Assembly (NCBI GenBank): GCA_964536685.1
Contig: CAZIBE010000001.1
Coordinates: 62,310-126,309 of the forward strand
DNA: 64,000 nucleotides
Origin: an uncultured Calditrichaceae bacterium
GTDB taxonomy: Bacteria; Calditrichota; Calditrichia; Calditrichales; Calditrichaceae
Reading direction: 5' to 3'
This document shows positions 54,903-64,000 of this stretch, piece after piece. Positions within the stretch are counted from its first letter, which is position 1. The number at the start of each line of letters is the position of its first letter. The translations under genes and the position numbers were made by a program. The notes below the pieces were generated by a model, which saw only the letters and a program-made list of their open reading frames with translations, ran no database searches and was not told the origin of the DNA.

Positions 54903-54963
54903 ATCGTAGTACTTTGAAGATAAATGGAAAAATTAAGAAAAATATAGTTCTAAGGAGTTTCAA

Positions 54964-56067
54964 ATGAAGAACAAAGTGTTGAGCCTTGGTCTGGCTTTGG
55001 TGATCATTATCGCCGGCTTCCTGATAGCGGGTGCGCTGAGTAAAACAAAGGAAATGCCGCGGAACAGCAAAACGACGCAAACACATAAGCTGTTTAATTT
55101 TAAAATCGTTAAAAGCCAGAAAATCCCGGTAACCATTACCGTCGGCGGCCATTTACAGGCCTATCATAAAATCACGCTTTTTGCGGAAGTGTCCGGTATT
55201 TTGCACGAAGGGCAAACATCGTTCCGTGCGGGCAATCTGTTTAAAAAGAATCAAGCCGTATTGCATATTGACGACAGTGTGTATCGTAATAACGTCCTGG
55301 CGCAAAAGAGCAGTTTGCTGAACCAGCTTACACTGTTCCTGCCTGATTTTGCCATCGATTTTCCGGCCAGCGCTAAAAAATGGCAACAATATCTTGCCGA
55401 ATTCCGGCTCGATGAGCGCCTTAAACCTCTGCCCCGGGCAGCGAACAGCAAAGAACAATATTTTATCGCTTCGCGTAATATTTACAATCTGTATTACTCG
55501 GTAAAAAGCATGGAAGCGCTTCTGGCCAAGTACACTATTCGCGCTCCCTTTGACGGCGTGGTTACCGAAGCCGATATAACGCCGGGTTCGCTGGTACGTG
55601 CCGGACAAAAATTAGGCGAATTCACCAGTACCGACCTTTTTGAACTGGAAGTTCCCGTCAATATTGCCGACCTGCCCTTTATCCGTAAAGGCGACCGCGT
55701 AACACTTTCTTCTGACGATGTAGACGGTTTATTCAGCGGCCGCATTAAACGCATTAACGCCAAAATCGACCGCGCTTCGCAGACCGTTAAGGCATATATT
55801 ATCATCAATAATGCCCGGTTAAAAGACGGTATGTACCTGACTGCCCGCATCACATCAGGACATAACTTTCAGGGATTTAGGATTCCGGCTGTATGGCTAA
55901 TCGGTAACGATCAGCTTTACGTTAAAAAGGACTCCCGTCTGGTATTGACTAAAGTGCATATCGTGCGTAATGACAACGATTATGTGATCGTTAACGGCTT
56001 AAGCGATGGAACGCAGATCCTGGCTCAGGAAATTTCCGGCCGGGCCAAAACTATCCAACTGGACTAA
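54964..56067 (+). CDS. RND efflux periplasmic adaptor (membrane fusion protein, HlyD/AcrA family)
   Basis: 367 aa. N-terminal membrane anchor, with the typical IRAPFDGVVTE lipoyl-like motif and a beta-barrel region. Lies directly upstream of an RND pump. Confidence 0.8.
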   Translation: MKNKVLSLGLALVIIIAGFLIAGALSKTKEMPRNSKTTQTHKLFNFKIVKSQKIPVTITVGGHLQAYHKITLFAEVSGILHEGQTSFRAGNLFKKNQAVLHIDDSVYRNNVLAQKSSLLNQLTLFLPDFAIDFPASAKKWQQYLAEFRLDERLKPLPRAANSKEQYFIASRNIYNLYYSVKSMEALLAKYTIRAPFDGVVTEADITPGSLVRAGQKLGEFTSTDLFELEVPVNIADLPFIRKGDRVTLSSDDVDGLFSGRIKRINAKIDRASQTVKAYIIINNARLKDGMYLTARITSGHNFQGFRIPAVWLIGNDQLYVKKDSRLVLTKVHIVRNDNDYVIVNGLSDGTQILAQEISGRAKTIQLD

Positions 56068-56295
56068 TGAAATATCCATGAAGTACACGAATGATTAATT
56101 TAAAGCATGGTTACCCGGAAGATTACAAATTTAATGTCCCAAACACCAATGAATAACTCCACTGTATTGCCAAAGAGCGGACTGATTTTAAACCCGAACC
56201 TCCACCTATGCTTTGAAATTAATAAATATTTTTATTCGTGTTTATTCATATAATTCGAGAATGATAATACAAACGAATCAGTAACAAACTTTGAG

Positions 56296-59200
56296 ATGAT
56301 TATGAAAGAAATGATTGCTAAATTTATCCGCTATCCGGTACTGGGCAATGTTATTGTTGTAACGCTGCTTATTTTCGGCTATTTCGGATTATCCAGTTTA
56401 AAAACCACCTTTTTCCCGCAGATTCCCAGTAAAATAATTATCATTCAGGCCATCTATCCGGGAGCGTCGCCTAAGGAAATCGAAGAAGGCATCGTGCTGA
56501 AAATCGAAGATAATTTAAAGGGCGTTACCGGCATCGACCGCGTGACGTCGGTTTCCAGCGAAAATTCCGGAATAATTACTGTAGAACTGCGCACCGGTTA
56601 CAATATTGATGTGGCTCTGCAGGACGTAAAAAATGCCGTGGACAAGATCAGTTATTTTCCGGTAGGCATGGAAAAGCCGGTCATCTACAAGCAGGAGATG
56701 ATGGATTTCGCCATTAATTTTGCCATCCACGGCGATGTGGATTTAAAAACGCTTAAAAAATATGCCCGGCTCATTGAACGGGATTTACTTGAAGTAGACG
56801 GCATTTCCAAAATAACGCTCAGCGGCTTCCCCAAAGAAGAAATAGAAATCGGTTTGCGCGAAGACGATCTGCGCAAGTACCAATTAACCTTTGCCCAGAT
56901 CAGCGCCGCAGTGCAAAAAGCCAACCTGCGCCTAACCGGCGGCCGGATTAAAGGCAAAAAGGAAGAACTTCTGATTCGCGCCGATTCCAAAGGTTACTAT
57001 GCCGGCGAACTGAAAGATATCGTTGTCAAAAGTACGGCAGATGGCGCCGTTGTGCGCCTGAAGGATGTGGCCGATTTGCGCGACCGCTGGGAAGAAAATC
57101 CCAATCGCGCTTATTTTAACGGTAAACCGGCTGTGGAGATCGACATTACCACCACCAATAATGAAGATTTGTTTTTTACCGTAAACTATGTAACAAAATA
57201 TTTAAAGGAATTTAATGCCAAACATCACGATGTTCAGGCAAGCGTTATTCGGGACGGTTCCAAGATCATTCAGGAACGTATCGACATTTTAACCAAAAAT
57301 GGCATAATGGGCATGATTCTGGTACTGCTGTTTTTGTCGATTTTTCTGAACGGCCGATTATCTTTCTGGGTGGCCATCAGTATCCCCATCGCCTTTGCCG
57401 GCATGTTTGCTCTTGCGCCTTTTGTGGGCATTACCATAAATGTTATGTCGCTGCTGGGCATGATAATCGTGATTGGTATGTTGGTTGATGACGGCATCGT
57501 GATTGCGGAGAATATCTACCAGCACTACGAACGCGGCGAAACGCCTTATAAGGCGGCGGTTAACGGCACGCTGGAAGTGCTTCCTTCCGTTGTTTCCGCC
57601 GTGTTGACTACCGTGGTTATTTTTTCCACCTTTTTCTTTTTGGAAGGCGGCATGGGCGACCGCACCAAAGATTTGGCTTATGTGGTTATTGCCGCCCTGC
57701 TTTTTTCCGTTGTGGAGGCTACCTTTATTTTACCCGCTCATGTGGGACATTCCAAAGCGCTCAAAGTAAAACCGGGGCAAAAGAACTGGTTTGAGCGTAA
57801 TTCTGAAAAACTGCTCATATGGATGCGCGAAAAGTTGTACGCGCCGCAATTGCGCTTTGTACTCAAACACTCCCTGCTGGCTCTCAGCATTCCCCTGGCG
57901 CTGCTGATTATCACTATTGGTGCACTAAAGGGCAGTTTTGTTAAAACCACTTTTTTTCCCAATATTGAGATGGACAATACAACCATTAGCCTGGACCTTC
58001 CGGCCGGAACAAGTACGACTGTTACCGATAGTCTGCTGCGAAAAATTGAGCATTCCGTTTGGCAGGTAAACGATCATTATAAAAAAGAACACGACGGAGA
58101 GATTAACATCATCACCGGTGTATCCCGCAAAATCGGTCCGGAAACCAACAAAGGTAAAGTAAACGTCAACTTCATACGGGGGGAACAGCGGGATGTTTCC
58201 AGTATTGGAATCACCGATCTTATCCGGAGAGCCACCGGTCCCATTCCGGAAGCAAACAATCTGGAATTTGGCCGTAGCAGCCACTGGGGCAAGCCGGTTT
58301 CCATTGCCATCATCGGCGATAATTTACAGGAAGTGCGTGCAGCCAAAGAGGATTTAAAAAAGGAATTACGCAAAATCCAGGCTTTGAAAGATGTAATAGA
58401 CAACGATCCCCCGGGATTGCGTGAGGTGAGCGTTACACTCAAACCAAAAGCGCTGGCTCTGGGACTAACCCCGCTGGACGTGATGAATCAGGTACGCTCC
58501 GGCTTTTTTGGAGCCGAAGCCCAGCGCATTCAGCGCGGTATTGACGAAGTGCGGATTTATGTGCGCTACAAGGAATCGGAACGCGCTACCATCAACCAAC
58601 TGGCTAATATGCGCATCCGCATGCCCAACAATCAGGAATATCCTTTGCAGGAAATCGCCACCTTGACCGTAAAGCGCGGCATTATGAGCATCAACCATCT
58701 GAACACACGGCGTGTGATTAAGGTAGAGGCGGACGTGTCCGATCCCAAGGAATCGGTTACGGATTTAAACGCCAACCTGCGCGCCGATATCTTGCCCGTA
58801 TTAAAAGACCGTTATCCCGATGTGGAATTTAATTTTGAAGGGCAAAGCCGGGAATCGAACAAAACAAAACGGGCCACCATGCGTGTGCTGCCACCGATTT
58901 TACTGCTGATGTTTATCATTGTAGTAATTAATTTCCGTTCTTTCCTGCAGGCCATTATCGTCTTTATATTAATTCCTTTCGGCCTGGTGGGTATCGTCTG
59001 GGGACACTATATTCAGGGTTACATCATTAGCGTGTTGTCCATGTTTGGCATGATTGCCCTGGCCGGCATCATGGTTAACGACGCCCTGGTGCTGGTCAGC
59101 GCCATGAATCAACGCCTTAAAGAAGGGCAGGGTTTTAAAACGGCGCTGTACGAAGCCGGAATCAGCCGCTTTCGGCCGATTTTGCTCACCTCGCTGACCA

Positions 59201-59448
59201 CCATTGCCGGTTTGGGGCCATTGATTTTTGAGACCAGCTTTCAGGCCCAGTTTCTTTCGCCCATGGCAATCTCGGTCGCTTATGGTTTGCTCTTCGCCAC
59301 AGCGCTCAATCTGTTAATGTTACCGGCCTTGTTGAATTTATTCAATAAACTGAAGGTGTATGTATTCTGGATGCTAAAACATGAAAGACCAGCCGCAGAG
59401 ATGGTGGAACCGGCCGTGAGGGAAGATATTTTTATTAAAGGGCTTTGA
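56296..59448 (+). CDS. RND-family efflux pump, inner-membrane permease (AcrB/HAE-like)
   Basis: 1050 aa. 12-TM/two-large-loop layout. N-terminus FIRYPVLGNVIVVTLLIFG, and a TM4 motif GMLVDDGIVIAENI (the VDD type seen in hydrophobe/amphiphile exporters rather than the heavy-metal type). C-terminal half: GIMVNDALVLV. Confidence 0.9.
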   Translation: MIMKEMIAKFIRYPVLGNVIVVTLLIFGYFGLSSLKTTFFPQIPSKIIIIQAIYPGASPKEIEEGIVLKIEDNLKGVTGIDRVTSVSSENSGIITVELRTGYNIDVALQDVKNAVDKISYFPVGMEKPVIYKQEMMDFAINFAIHGDVDLKTLKKYARLIERDLLEVDGISKITLSGFPKEEIEIGLREDDLRKYQLTFAQISAAVQKANLRLTGGRIKGKKEELLIRADSKGYYAGELKDIVVKSTADGAVVRLKDVADLRDRWEENPNRAYFNGKPAVEIDITTTNNEDLFFTVNYVTKYLKEFNAKHHDVQASVIRDGSKIIQERIDILTKNGIMGMILVLLFLSIFLNGRLSFWVAISIPIAFAGMFALAPFVGITINVMSLLGMIIVIGMLVDDGIVIAENIYQHYERGETPYKAAVNGTLEVLPSVVSAVLTTVVIFSTFFFLEGGMGDRTKDLAYVVIAALLFSVVEATFILPAHVGHSKALKVKPGQKNWFERNSEKLLIWMREKLYAPQLRFVLKHSLLALSIPLALLIITIGALKGSFVKTTFFPNIEMDNTTISLDLPAGTSTTVTDSLLRKIEHSVWQVNDHYKKEHDGEINIITGVSRKIGPETNKGKVNVNFIRGEQRDVSSIGITDLIRRATGPIPEANNLEFGRSSHWGKPVSIAIIGDNLQEVRAAKEDLKKELRKIQALKDVIDNDPPGLREVSVTLKPKALALGLTPLDVMNQVRSGFFGAEAQRIQRGIDEVRIYVRYKESERATINQLANMRIRMPNNQEYPLQEIATLTVKRGIMSINHLNTRRVIKVEADVSDPKESVTDLNANLRADILPVLKDRYPDVEFNFEGQSRESNKTKRATMRVLPPILLLMFIIVVINFRSFLQAIIVFILIPFGLVGIVWGHYIQGYIISVLSMFGMIALAGIMVNDALVLVSAMNQRLKEGQGFKTALYEAGISRFRPILLTSLTTIAGLGPLIFETSFQAQFLSPMAISVAYGLLFATALNLLMLPALLNLFNKLKVYVFWMLKHERPAAEMVEPAVREDIFIKGL

Positions 59449-59604
59449 TCTGTCAATAATCGGCTATCGAGCAGCGGGTATCAGTTGCCAGGAATCAGTA
59501 AACAGGAATTAGTTGTTTGTTAAGCGTTATTCGTCATTAACAACTGATAACTAAAATTTTCAGTTGTTAGAAACTGAAAAAACTTGAAAACTAAGGATAG
59601 AGGC

Positions 59605-60906
59605 ATGAAAGAAAAAAAAATTATTATTTTGTTCAGTTTGCTGATGGCAACGCTCAGCTCGCTGTATGCACAGGAACTATTGAAGCTGGATGAAGCCATT
59701 GCCATCGCTTTGCAAAAAAATCATCAGATTAAAATCAACCGCAACACGGCCCGGATTAGTAAAAACAATGCCCATATCGGCAATGCCGGCTTTTTGCCCA
59801 AGGTGGATGTGCTGACCGCTGCTAACTATAGCGACCAGGCATTGCAGACGCCGGCCGGAGAGAGTAAAGAAAAATCCACTTTAAATTTGGCGCAGATATC
59901 CCTGAGCTATAATTTATTTAACGGCTTGGGTGGGTACTTTACTTTGAAAAATTTGCGCGCTCAGGCCGAAGGCGGCGAACTGGCCGCCCGGCAGAATATC
60001 GAACTTACCCTTACGCAGGTCATCGCCGCCTACTATAATGTGGCTGCTGCCGAAGAGGCGCTGCAAATTCGCCGGGATGCCTTACAGATTTCACGCGAAC
60101 GCTTACAGCGAATCGATAAAAAAGCCGCCTACGGTCAGGCCAACAAAATCGATGTGTTAAATGCCAAAGTGGATTTTAATGCGGACACAACCGCCTATCT
60201 GAATGCCCGCTTGCAATTAACCGAAGCGCGGCGCAATCTCAATTTACTGTTAGGCCGCGATGTAAATCAGGATTATACCGTGGATACGCAGGTGCCGTTT
60301 ACTACGATAGCCTCACGGGATGAATTAAAAGAAGGCGCTTTTCGGAACAATGCGTCTTATTTACTGGCTCAGAGTAATTTAAAACAGGCAAACTATGCTC
60401 TGCGCCAGTCGCAATCCGTTTATTATCCAAGATTAGACGTGACCTCGGCCTACGGCCATTCACAAAACGAGGCGAATTTAAACATCGCCCTGGACAATCC
60501 CAATCGCAGCCTTTCAGCCGGACTCTCGTTGAGCCTGAATCTGTTTAATGGCTTTAAGAACAAAATTCAAACCCAAAATGCTCTCATCAGCTTAAAAAAT
60601 CAGCAAATTCTTTTGGATAAAGCGCGGCTCAGTCTGGAAAAAGATTTGGACAACGCTTACACAGCCTACCAAAATCAGCGCTATATTCTAAAACTGGAAC
60701 AAACTAATTTAGATGCCGCCGAATTGAATTTTAAGCGCTCGCAGGAATTGTACAATCTGGGACATTTAACGGCTACGGACTTCAGAGCCGCGCAATTAAA
60801 TTTAATTCAGGCGCGCTATCGTTTATCGCAGGCTAAATTTCAGGCCAAAACAGCGGAGACGGAGCTGCTACGATTGAGCGGGAGATTGCTTGTAAAAACT
60901 AATTAA
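59605..60906 (+). CDS. TolC-family outer-membrane efflux protein
   Basis: I prefer the ATG at 59605 (MKEKKIIILFSLLMATLSSLYAQE, a signal-peptide-like N-terminus) over the in-frame TTG at 59584 given in the track. Two repeated coiled-coil halves with the characteristic L.LD.AI..AL..N and LNLFNG... patterns. Confidence 0.85.
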   Translation: MKEKKIIILFSLLMATLSSLYAQELLKLDEAIAIALQKNHQIKINRNTARISKNNAHIGNAGFLPKVDVLTAANYSDQALQTPAGESKEKSTLNLAQISLSYNLFNGLGGYFTLKNLRAQAEGGELAARQNIELTLTQVIAAYYNVAAAEEALQIRRDALQISRERLQRIDKKAAYGQANKIDVLNAKVDFNADTTAYLNARLQLTEARRNLNLLLGRDVNQDYTVDTQVPFTTIASRDELKEGAFRNNASYLLAQSNLKQANYALRQSQSVYYPRLDVTSAYGHSQNEANLNIALDNPNRSLSAGLSLSLNLFNGFKNKIQTQNALISLKNQQILLDKARLSLEKDLDNAYTAYQNQRYILKLEQTNLDAAELNFKRSQELYNLGHLTATDFRAAQLNLIQARYRLSQAKFQAKTAETELLRLSGRLLVKTN

Positions 60907-61108
60907 TGGCTGTAACAAAAATAGCCAGGATGATTTGCTGACGTATCTCCGAAGACGCAAATTGTCTTCAGCCCCTCGCGATATCTCTTCCTTCCGGGGA
61001 TTCTTAAACAAAAAGCAAGAAATGGGTGTATCCATCGGGTAATGTTTTCTTTTTTCTTTTATCTTTTTTTCTTATATTGTGGTGTACGAAAATACACTAA
61101 GTATAAAC

Positions 61109-64000
61109 ATGAAAACATTTGTCCATTTACATACACACAGTTATTACAGTCTGTTGGACGGCATTCCTTCTCCGGAAGAGCTGGTTCTGGCCGCAAAACA
61201 AAACGGCATGCCGGCGCTGGCCCTGACCGATCACAACGCCTTGTACGGCGCGGTTGAATTCTTCCTGAAGGCGCGCGAACACGGTCTGAAAGCGATCATC
61301 GGCGCCGAGCTCACGCTGAGTGATGGTTTCAATTTGATTTTGCTGGTGAAAGACGACAGCGGCTACCGTAATCTGTGCCAGTTGATCACCCGCGGCCGGC
61401 TGCAGGGCGGGCATAATCGCTTTCGCTTAAAGGCAAACGAACTGACAAATTTGACCGGCGGACTCATAGCGCTCTCCGGTGGACAAAAAGGTGCGATTAA
61501 CGCTTTGCTGGCCAAACGCCGCTACGACGAGGCCGTTAAGCAGGCCGTACATTTTCAGCACGTGTTTGACGGCGCTTTTTATTTGGAACTGCAGCGGTTT
61601 TCCGCCCAGGATACGCTGCTTAATTTACGCCTGCGCGATCTGTCCGTGGAATACCATATTCCGCTGGCAGCCAGCAACGACGTGCACTTTATCAGCAGTA
61701 ACGACTGGCCCTTGCGCCGCCTCATGCACGCCATCGATGACAACACGACTATAGAAACCGTACAAAGCGCCGGCAGTTCGGAACACGATTTCAAATCCTC
61801 CGCCCAAATGCACGAGCTGTTCCGCGTTTTTCCGCAGGCGGCTGTCAATACGCTTAAAATCGCCCGCCAGTGCCACTTCGAATTCCGCGTGGGAAAACCC
61901 ATCTTTCCTTCGGTGGAACTGCCGCCGCAGGAAAGCAGCTTTTCCTGTCTCTGGAAAAAGAGTTTCGAAGGCGCCACGCAGCGTTACAAGCCGCTGACCA
62001 GCCGCGTCATCAAACGGTTGGAGTACGAGCTGCAAACCATCCACGATTTGGGATTTGCCGAATACTTTTTAATCGTCAAGGATATTGCCGATTTTTGTCG
62101 CCGTGAGCATATTCCCTGCGTGGGGCGCGGTTCGGCGGCGGACAGTCTGGTGGCCTATGTTCTGCAAATAACCCAGGCCGATCCCATGCGCCACAATCTG
62201 TATTTTGAGCGTTTTCTCAATCCCGGCCGTAGCGATCCGCCGGACATCGACCTGGATATCTGCTGGAAAAACCGCGACCGTGTGTTAAAATATGTCTACC
62301 AAAAATACGGCGCCGAACGCACGGCCATGATATGCACTTTTAATACGTTTCAAAACCGCTCCGCCATCCGCGATGTGGCCGGGGCCTTTGGCATTCCGGA
62401 AGATGAAATCTCCAGAATCACCAAATATCTGCCGCACTACCACAGCCATCAGCTGGAGGAGACCATTCGGAGTCTGCCGGAATTAAAAGCGCTGCGGCTG
62501 AATTTGAACCAGTACCGCGAAATTCTGGATATGGCCCGGCGTATCAGCGATTTTCCGCGCCATTTGTCCATTCATCCCGGCGGCGTGATTATCGTCCCCG
62601 ATCGCCTGAGTTTTTACACCCCTTTAGAAGCGGCCGGCAAAGATATTGTGATCGCCCAGTACGATATGTATTCCATCGAAAAACTGGGACTGGTAAAAAT
62701 GGATTTGCTGGGCGTGCGTTCGCTGAGCGTTATCAGCGACACGTTAACATCCATTAGCCAAAGCGCAACGGACGGCGAACAAAAAAAGCGCGCCCGACAG
62801 TTGCTTAAAAAAAGCAAGGAACTGTCGCCCCTGGATTTGCGCGCCATTCCCGAAGACGACGCCGGGGTAACCGCTTTCATCCGTTCCGGTCAAACCATGG
62901 GCTGTTTTCAACTGGAAAGTCCGGCCATGCGCGGTTTGCTGAAGAAAATGCAGATCGAATCGGTGGACGATGTCATCACGGCCGTGGCGCTGATCCGGCC
63001 GGGCGCTTCCGGCAGCGGCATGAAAGAGGTCTACATCCGCCGCCGCGCCGGGCTGGAAAAAGCCTCGTATGCGCATCCCGCTCTAAAGGAAGCTTTGGAA
63101 GAAACCTTCGGCGTAATCATTTATCAGGAGCAGGTGCTGCGGGTAGCCCATTTGGTGGCCGGGCTTTCGCTGGCTCAGGCCGATTTGCTGCGCCGCGCCA
63201 TGACCAAATCGCGCACTAAAAAGGAGTTTTTTAAACTACACGATGATTTTATGCAGGGCGCGCAAAACAACGGATTGAGCGGGGAGCAGGCTGAAACCGT
63301 GTGGAAGTTTTTGGCGCAGTTTGTAGGCTACGGATTCAACAAGGCGCACTCGGCCACTTACGGCGCCATAGCCTATCAAACGGCATTTCTAAAGCGCTAT
63401 TTTCCGCAGCAGTACATGTGCGCCGTACTCAACAATCAGGGCGGTTTCTATTCGCCGATGGCTTATATGGAAGAAGCGCGGCGTATGGGCGTCCCGTTGC
63501 TGCCGCCCGATGTGAACCGCTCGCAGAAGGAATTCACCTGCGAAGGGGAAGCCTTGCGCGTGGGCTTGCAGGCGGTGCGCGATCTCACCCAGCGCACCAT
63601 TACGGCGATTCTGCAGGAACGCCGGCAGCGGCCGTTTAGTGATTTATTCGATTTTATCCGCCGGACGCGGACCGGCGAAAAGGAAGTACAGCATCTGATC
63701 AAAGTCGGCGCCCTGAGCGCCCTGCATCCCAGCGCCCCGCAGTTGCTGCTGCACTGCCAGATTTTTTTTAAAAACAAGAAAAAGGCAGCGCTTACGGAAT
63801 ATCTGACCGCCGGTATCGATTTGCCGCCCTTTAATCTCTTCCAAAAAATCATGAACGAACTGGATTTGCTGGGCTTTGCCGTTTCGGCGCATCCGTTGAC
63901 GCTGTTTCAGGATCAGTTGCGGGAGCGGCCGCTGATTTCGTCGGCCGAACTGGAGCGCCACAAAAACAAACGCGTCCGTCTGGCCGGCTGGCTGGTTACC
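61109..64000 (+). CDS. dnaE: DNA polymerase III alpha-subunit family protein (DnaE2/ImuC-like signatures), 3' end beyond the window
   Basis: Not in the ORF track (no stop in the window). The ATG at 61109 gives MKTFVHLHTHSYYSLLDGIPSPEELVLAAKQNGMPALALTDHNALYGAVEF (PHP domain). The frame is open for 964 codons to base 64000. Later motifs: VGRGSAADSLVAYVLQIT, FERFLNPGRSDPPDIDLD, PRHLSIHPGGVII, VKMDLLGVRSL, ALIRPGASGSGM, IYQEQV, GYGFNKAHS. Confidence 0.85.
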   Translation, partial: MKTFVHLHTHSYYSLLDGIPSPEELVLAAKQNGMPALALTDHNALYGAVEFFLKAREHGLKAIIGAELTLSDGFNLILLVKDDSGYRNLCQLITRGRLQGGHNRFRLKANELTNLTGGLIALSGGQKGAINALLAKRRYDEAVKQAVHFQHVFDGAFYLELQRFSAQDTLLNLRLRDLSVEYHIPLAASNDVHFISSNDWPLRRLMHAIDDNTTIETVQSAGSSEHDFKSSAQMHELFRVFPQAAVNTLKIARQCHFEFRVGKPIFPSVELPPQESSFSCLWKKSFEGATQRYKPLTSRVIKRLEYELQTIHDLGFAEYFLIVKDIADFCRREHIPCVGRGSAADSLVAYVLQITQADPMRHNLYFERFLNPGRSDPPDIDLDICWKNRDRVLKYVYQKYGAERTAMICTFNTFQNRSAIRDVAGAFGIPEDEISRITKYLPHYHSHQLEETIRSLPELKALRLNLNQYREILDMARRISDFPRHLSIHPGGVIIVPDRLSFYTPLEAAGKDIVIAQYDMYSIEKLGLVKMDLLGVRSLSVISDTLTSISQSATDGEQKKRARQLLKKSKELSPLDLRAIPEDDAGVTAFIRSGQTMGCFQLESPAMRGLLKKMQIESVDDVITAVALIRPGASGSGMKEVYIRRRAGLEKASYAHPALKEALEETFGVIIYQEQVLRVAHLVAGLSLAQADLLRRAMTKSRTKKEFFKLHDDFMQGAQNNGLSGEQAETVWKFLAQFVGYGFNKAHSATYGAIAYQTAFLKRYFPQQYMCAVLNNQGGFYSPMAYMEEARRMGVPLLPPDVNRSQKEFTCEGEALRVGLQAVRDLTQRTITAILQERRQRPFSDLFDFIRRTRTGEKEVQHLIKVGALSALHPSAPQLLLHCQIFFKNKKKAALTEYLTAGIDLPPFNLFQKIMNELDLLGFAVSAHPLTLFQDQLRERPLISSAELERHKNKRVRLAGWLVT

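Noticed and set aside
59584-59604. TTG start of the TolC-like ORF given by the track
   Set aside because: The in-frame ATG at 59605 yields a signal-peptide-like N-terminus (MKEKKIIILFSLLMATLSSLYAQE). The 7 extra residues add nothing recognisable.
54964-60906. Considered whether the RND efflux operon is the exporter or self-resistance system of the PKS/NRPS cluster
   Set aside because: It is ~11 kb away on the opposite strand, separated by housekeeping genes (gltX, cutA and others). It has its own adjacent two-component regulator. Nothing in the sequence links the two.

Overview
The window has two parts. (1) Bases 1-43874, all on the minus strand, hold the right-hand ~44 kb of a large hybrid PKS/NRPS lipopeptide-type gene cluster. 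A receiver-like/AraC-type regulator sits first (43119-43874). Six tightly stacked megasynthase genes follow. In transcription order they are: FAAL-ACP-KS-AT-DH-ER-KR-ACP (34321-43116); KS-AT-[degenerate DH-ER-KR]-ACP-C-A-T (24815-34324); KS-AT-KR-ACP (19660-24312); C-A-T (16084-19464); C-A-T-ST-C-A-T-E (7121-16069); and C-A-T-ST-C-A... (1-6910). The last gene runs off the left edge and is absent from the ORF track. No thioesterase or other release domain is in the window, so the cluster is incomplete on the left. The most unusual feature is two CurM/olefin-synthase-type sulfotransferase (ST) domains. Each is embedded between a carrier domain and a condensation domain of an NRPS elongation module, and each lies directly upstream of a Gln-type module. 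(2) Bases 44640-64000, all on the plus strand, hold ordinary genes: gltX, a degenerate histidine-kinase-like protein with a sigma-54 (NtrC-type) response regulator, cutA, an eIF-2B-family protein, a VapBC-type toxin-antitoxin pair translationally coupled to an unknown 230-aa protein, a YqeB-like Rossmann protein, an OmpR/HK two-component pair, a three-gene RND efflux operon (adaptor, pump, TolC-like), and the 5' ~2.9 kb of a DnaE-family polymerase with DnaE2-like motifs. I saw no rRNA, tRNA, CRISPR array, transposase or integrase. Several intergenic stretches contain structured repeats, most notably a ~250-nt imperfect palindrome at 52393-52640. All domain calls come from motifs read in the translations. 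Domain boundaries are approximate (+/- ~50 nt) and no database search was run.
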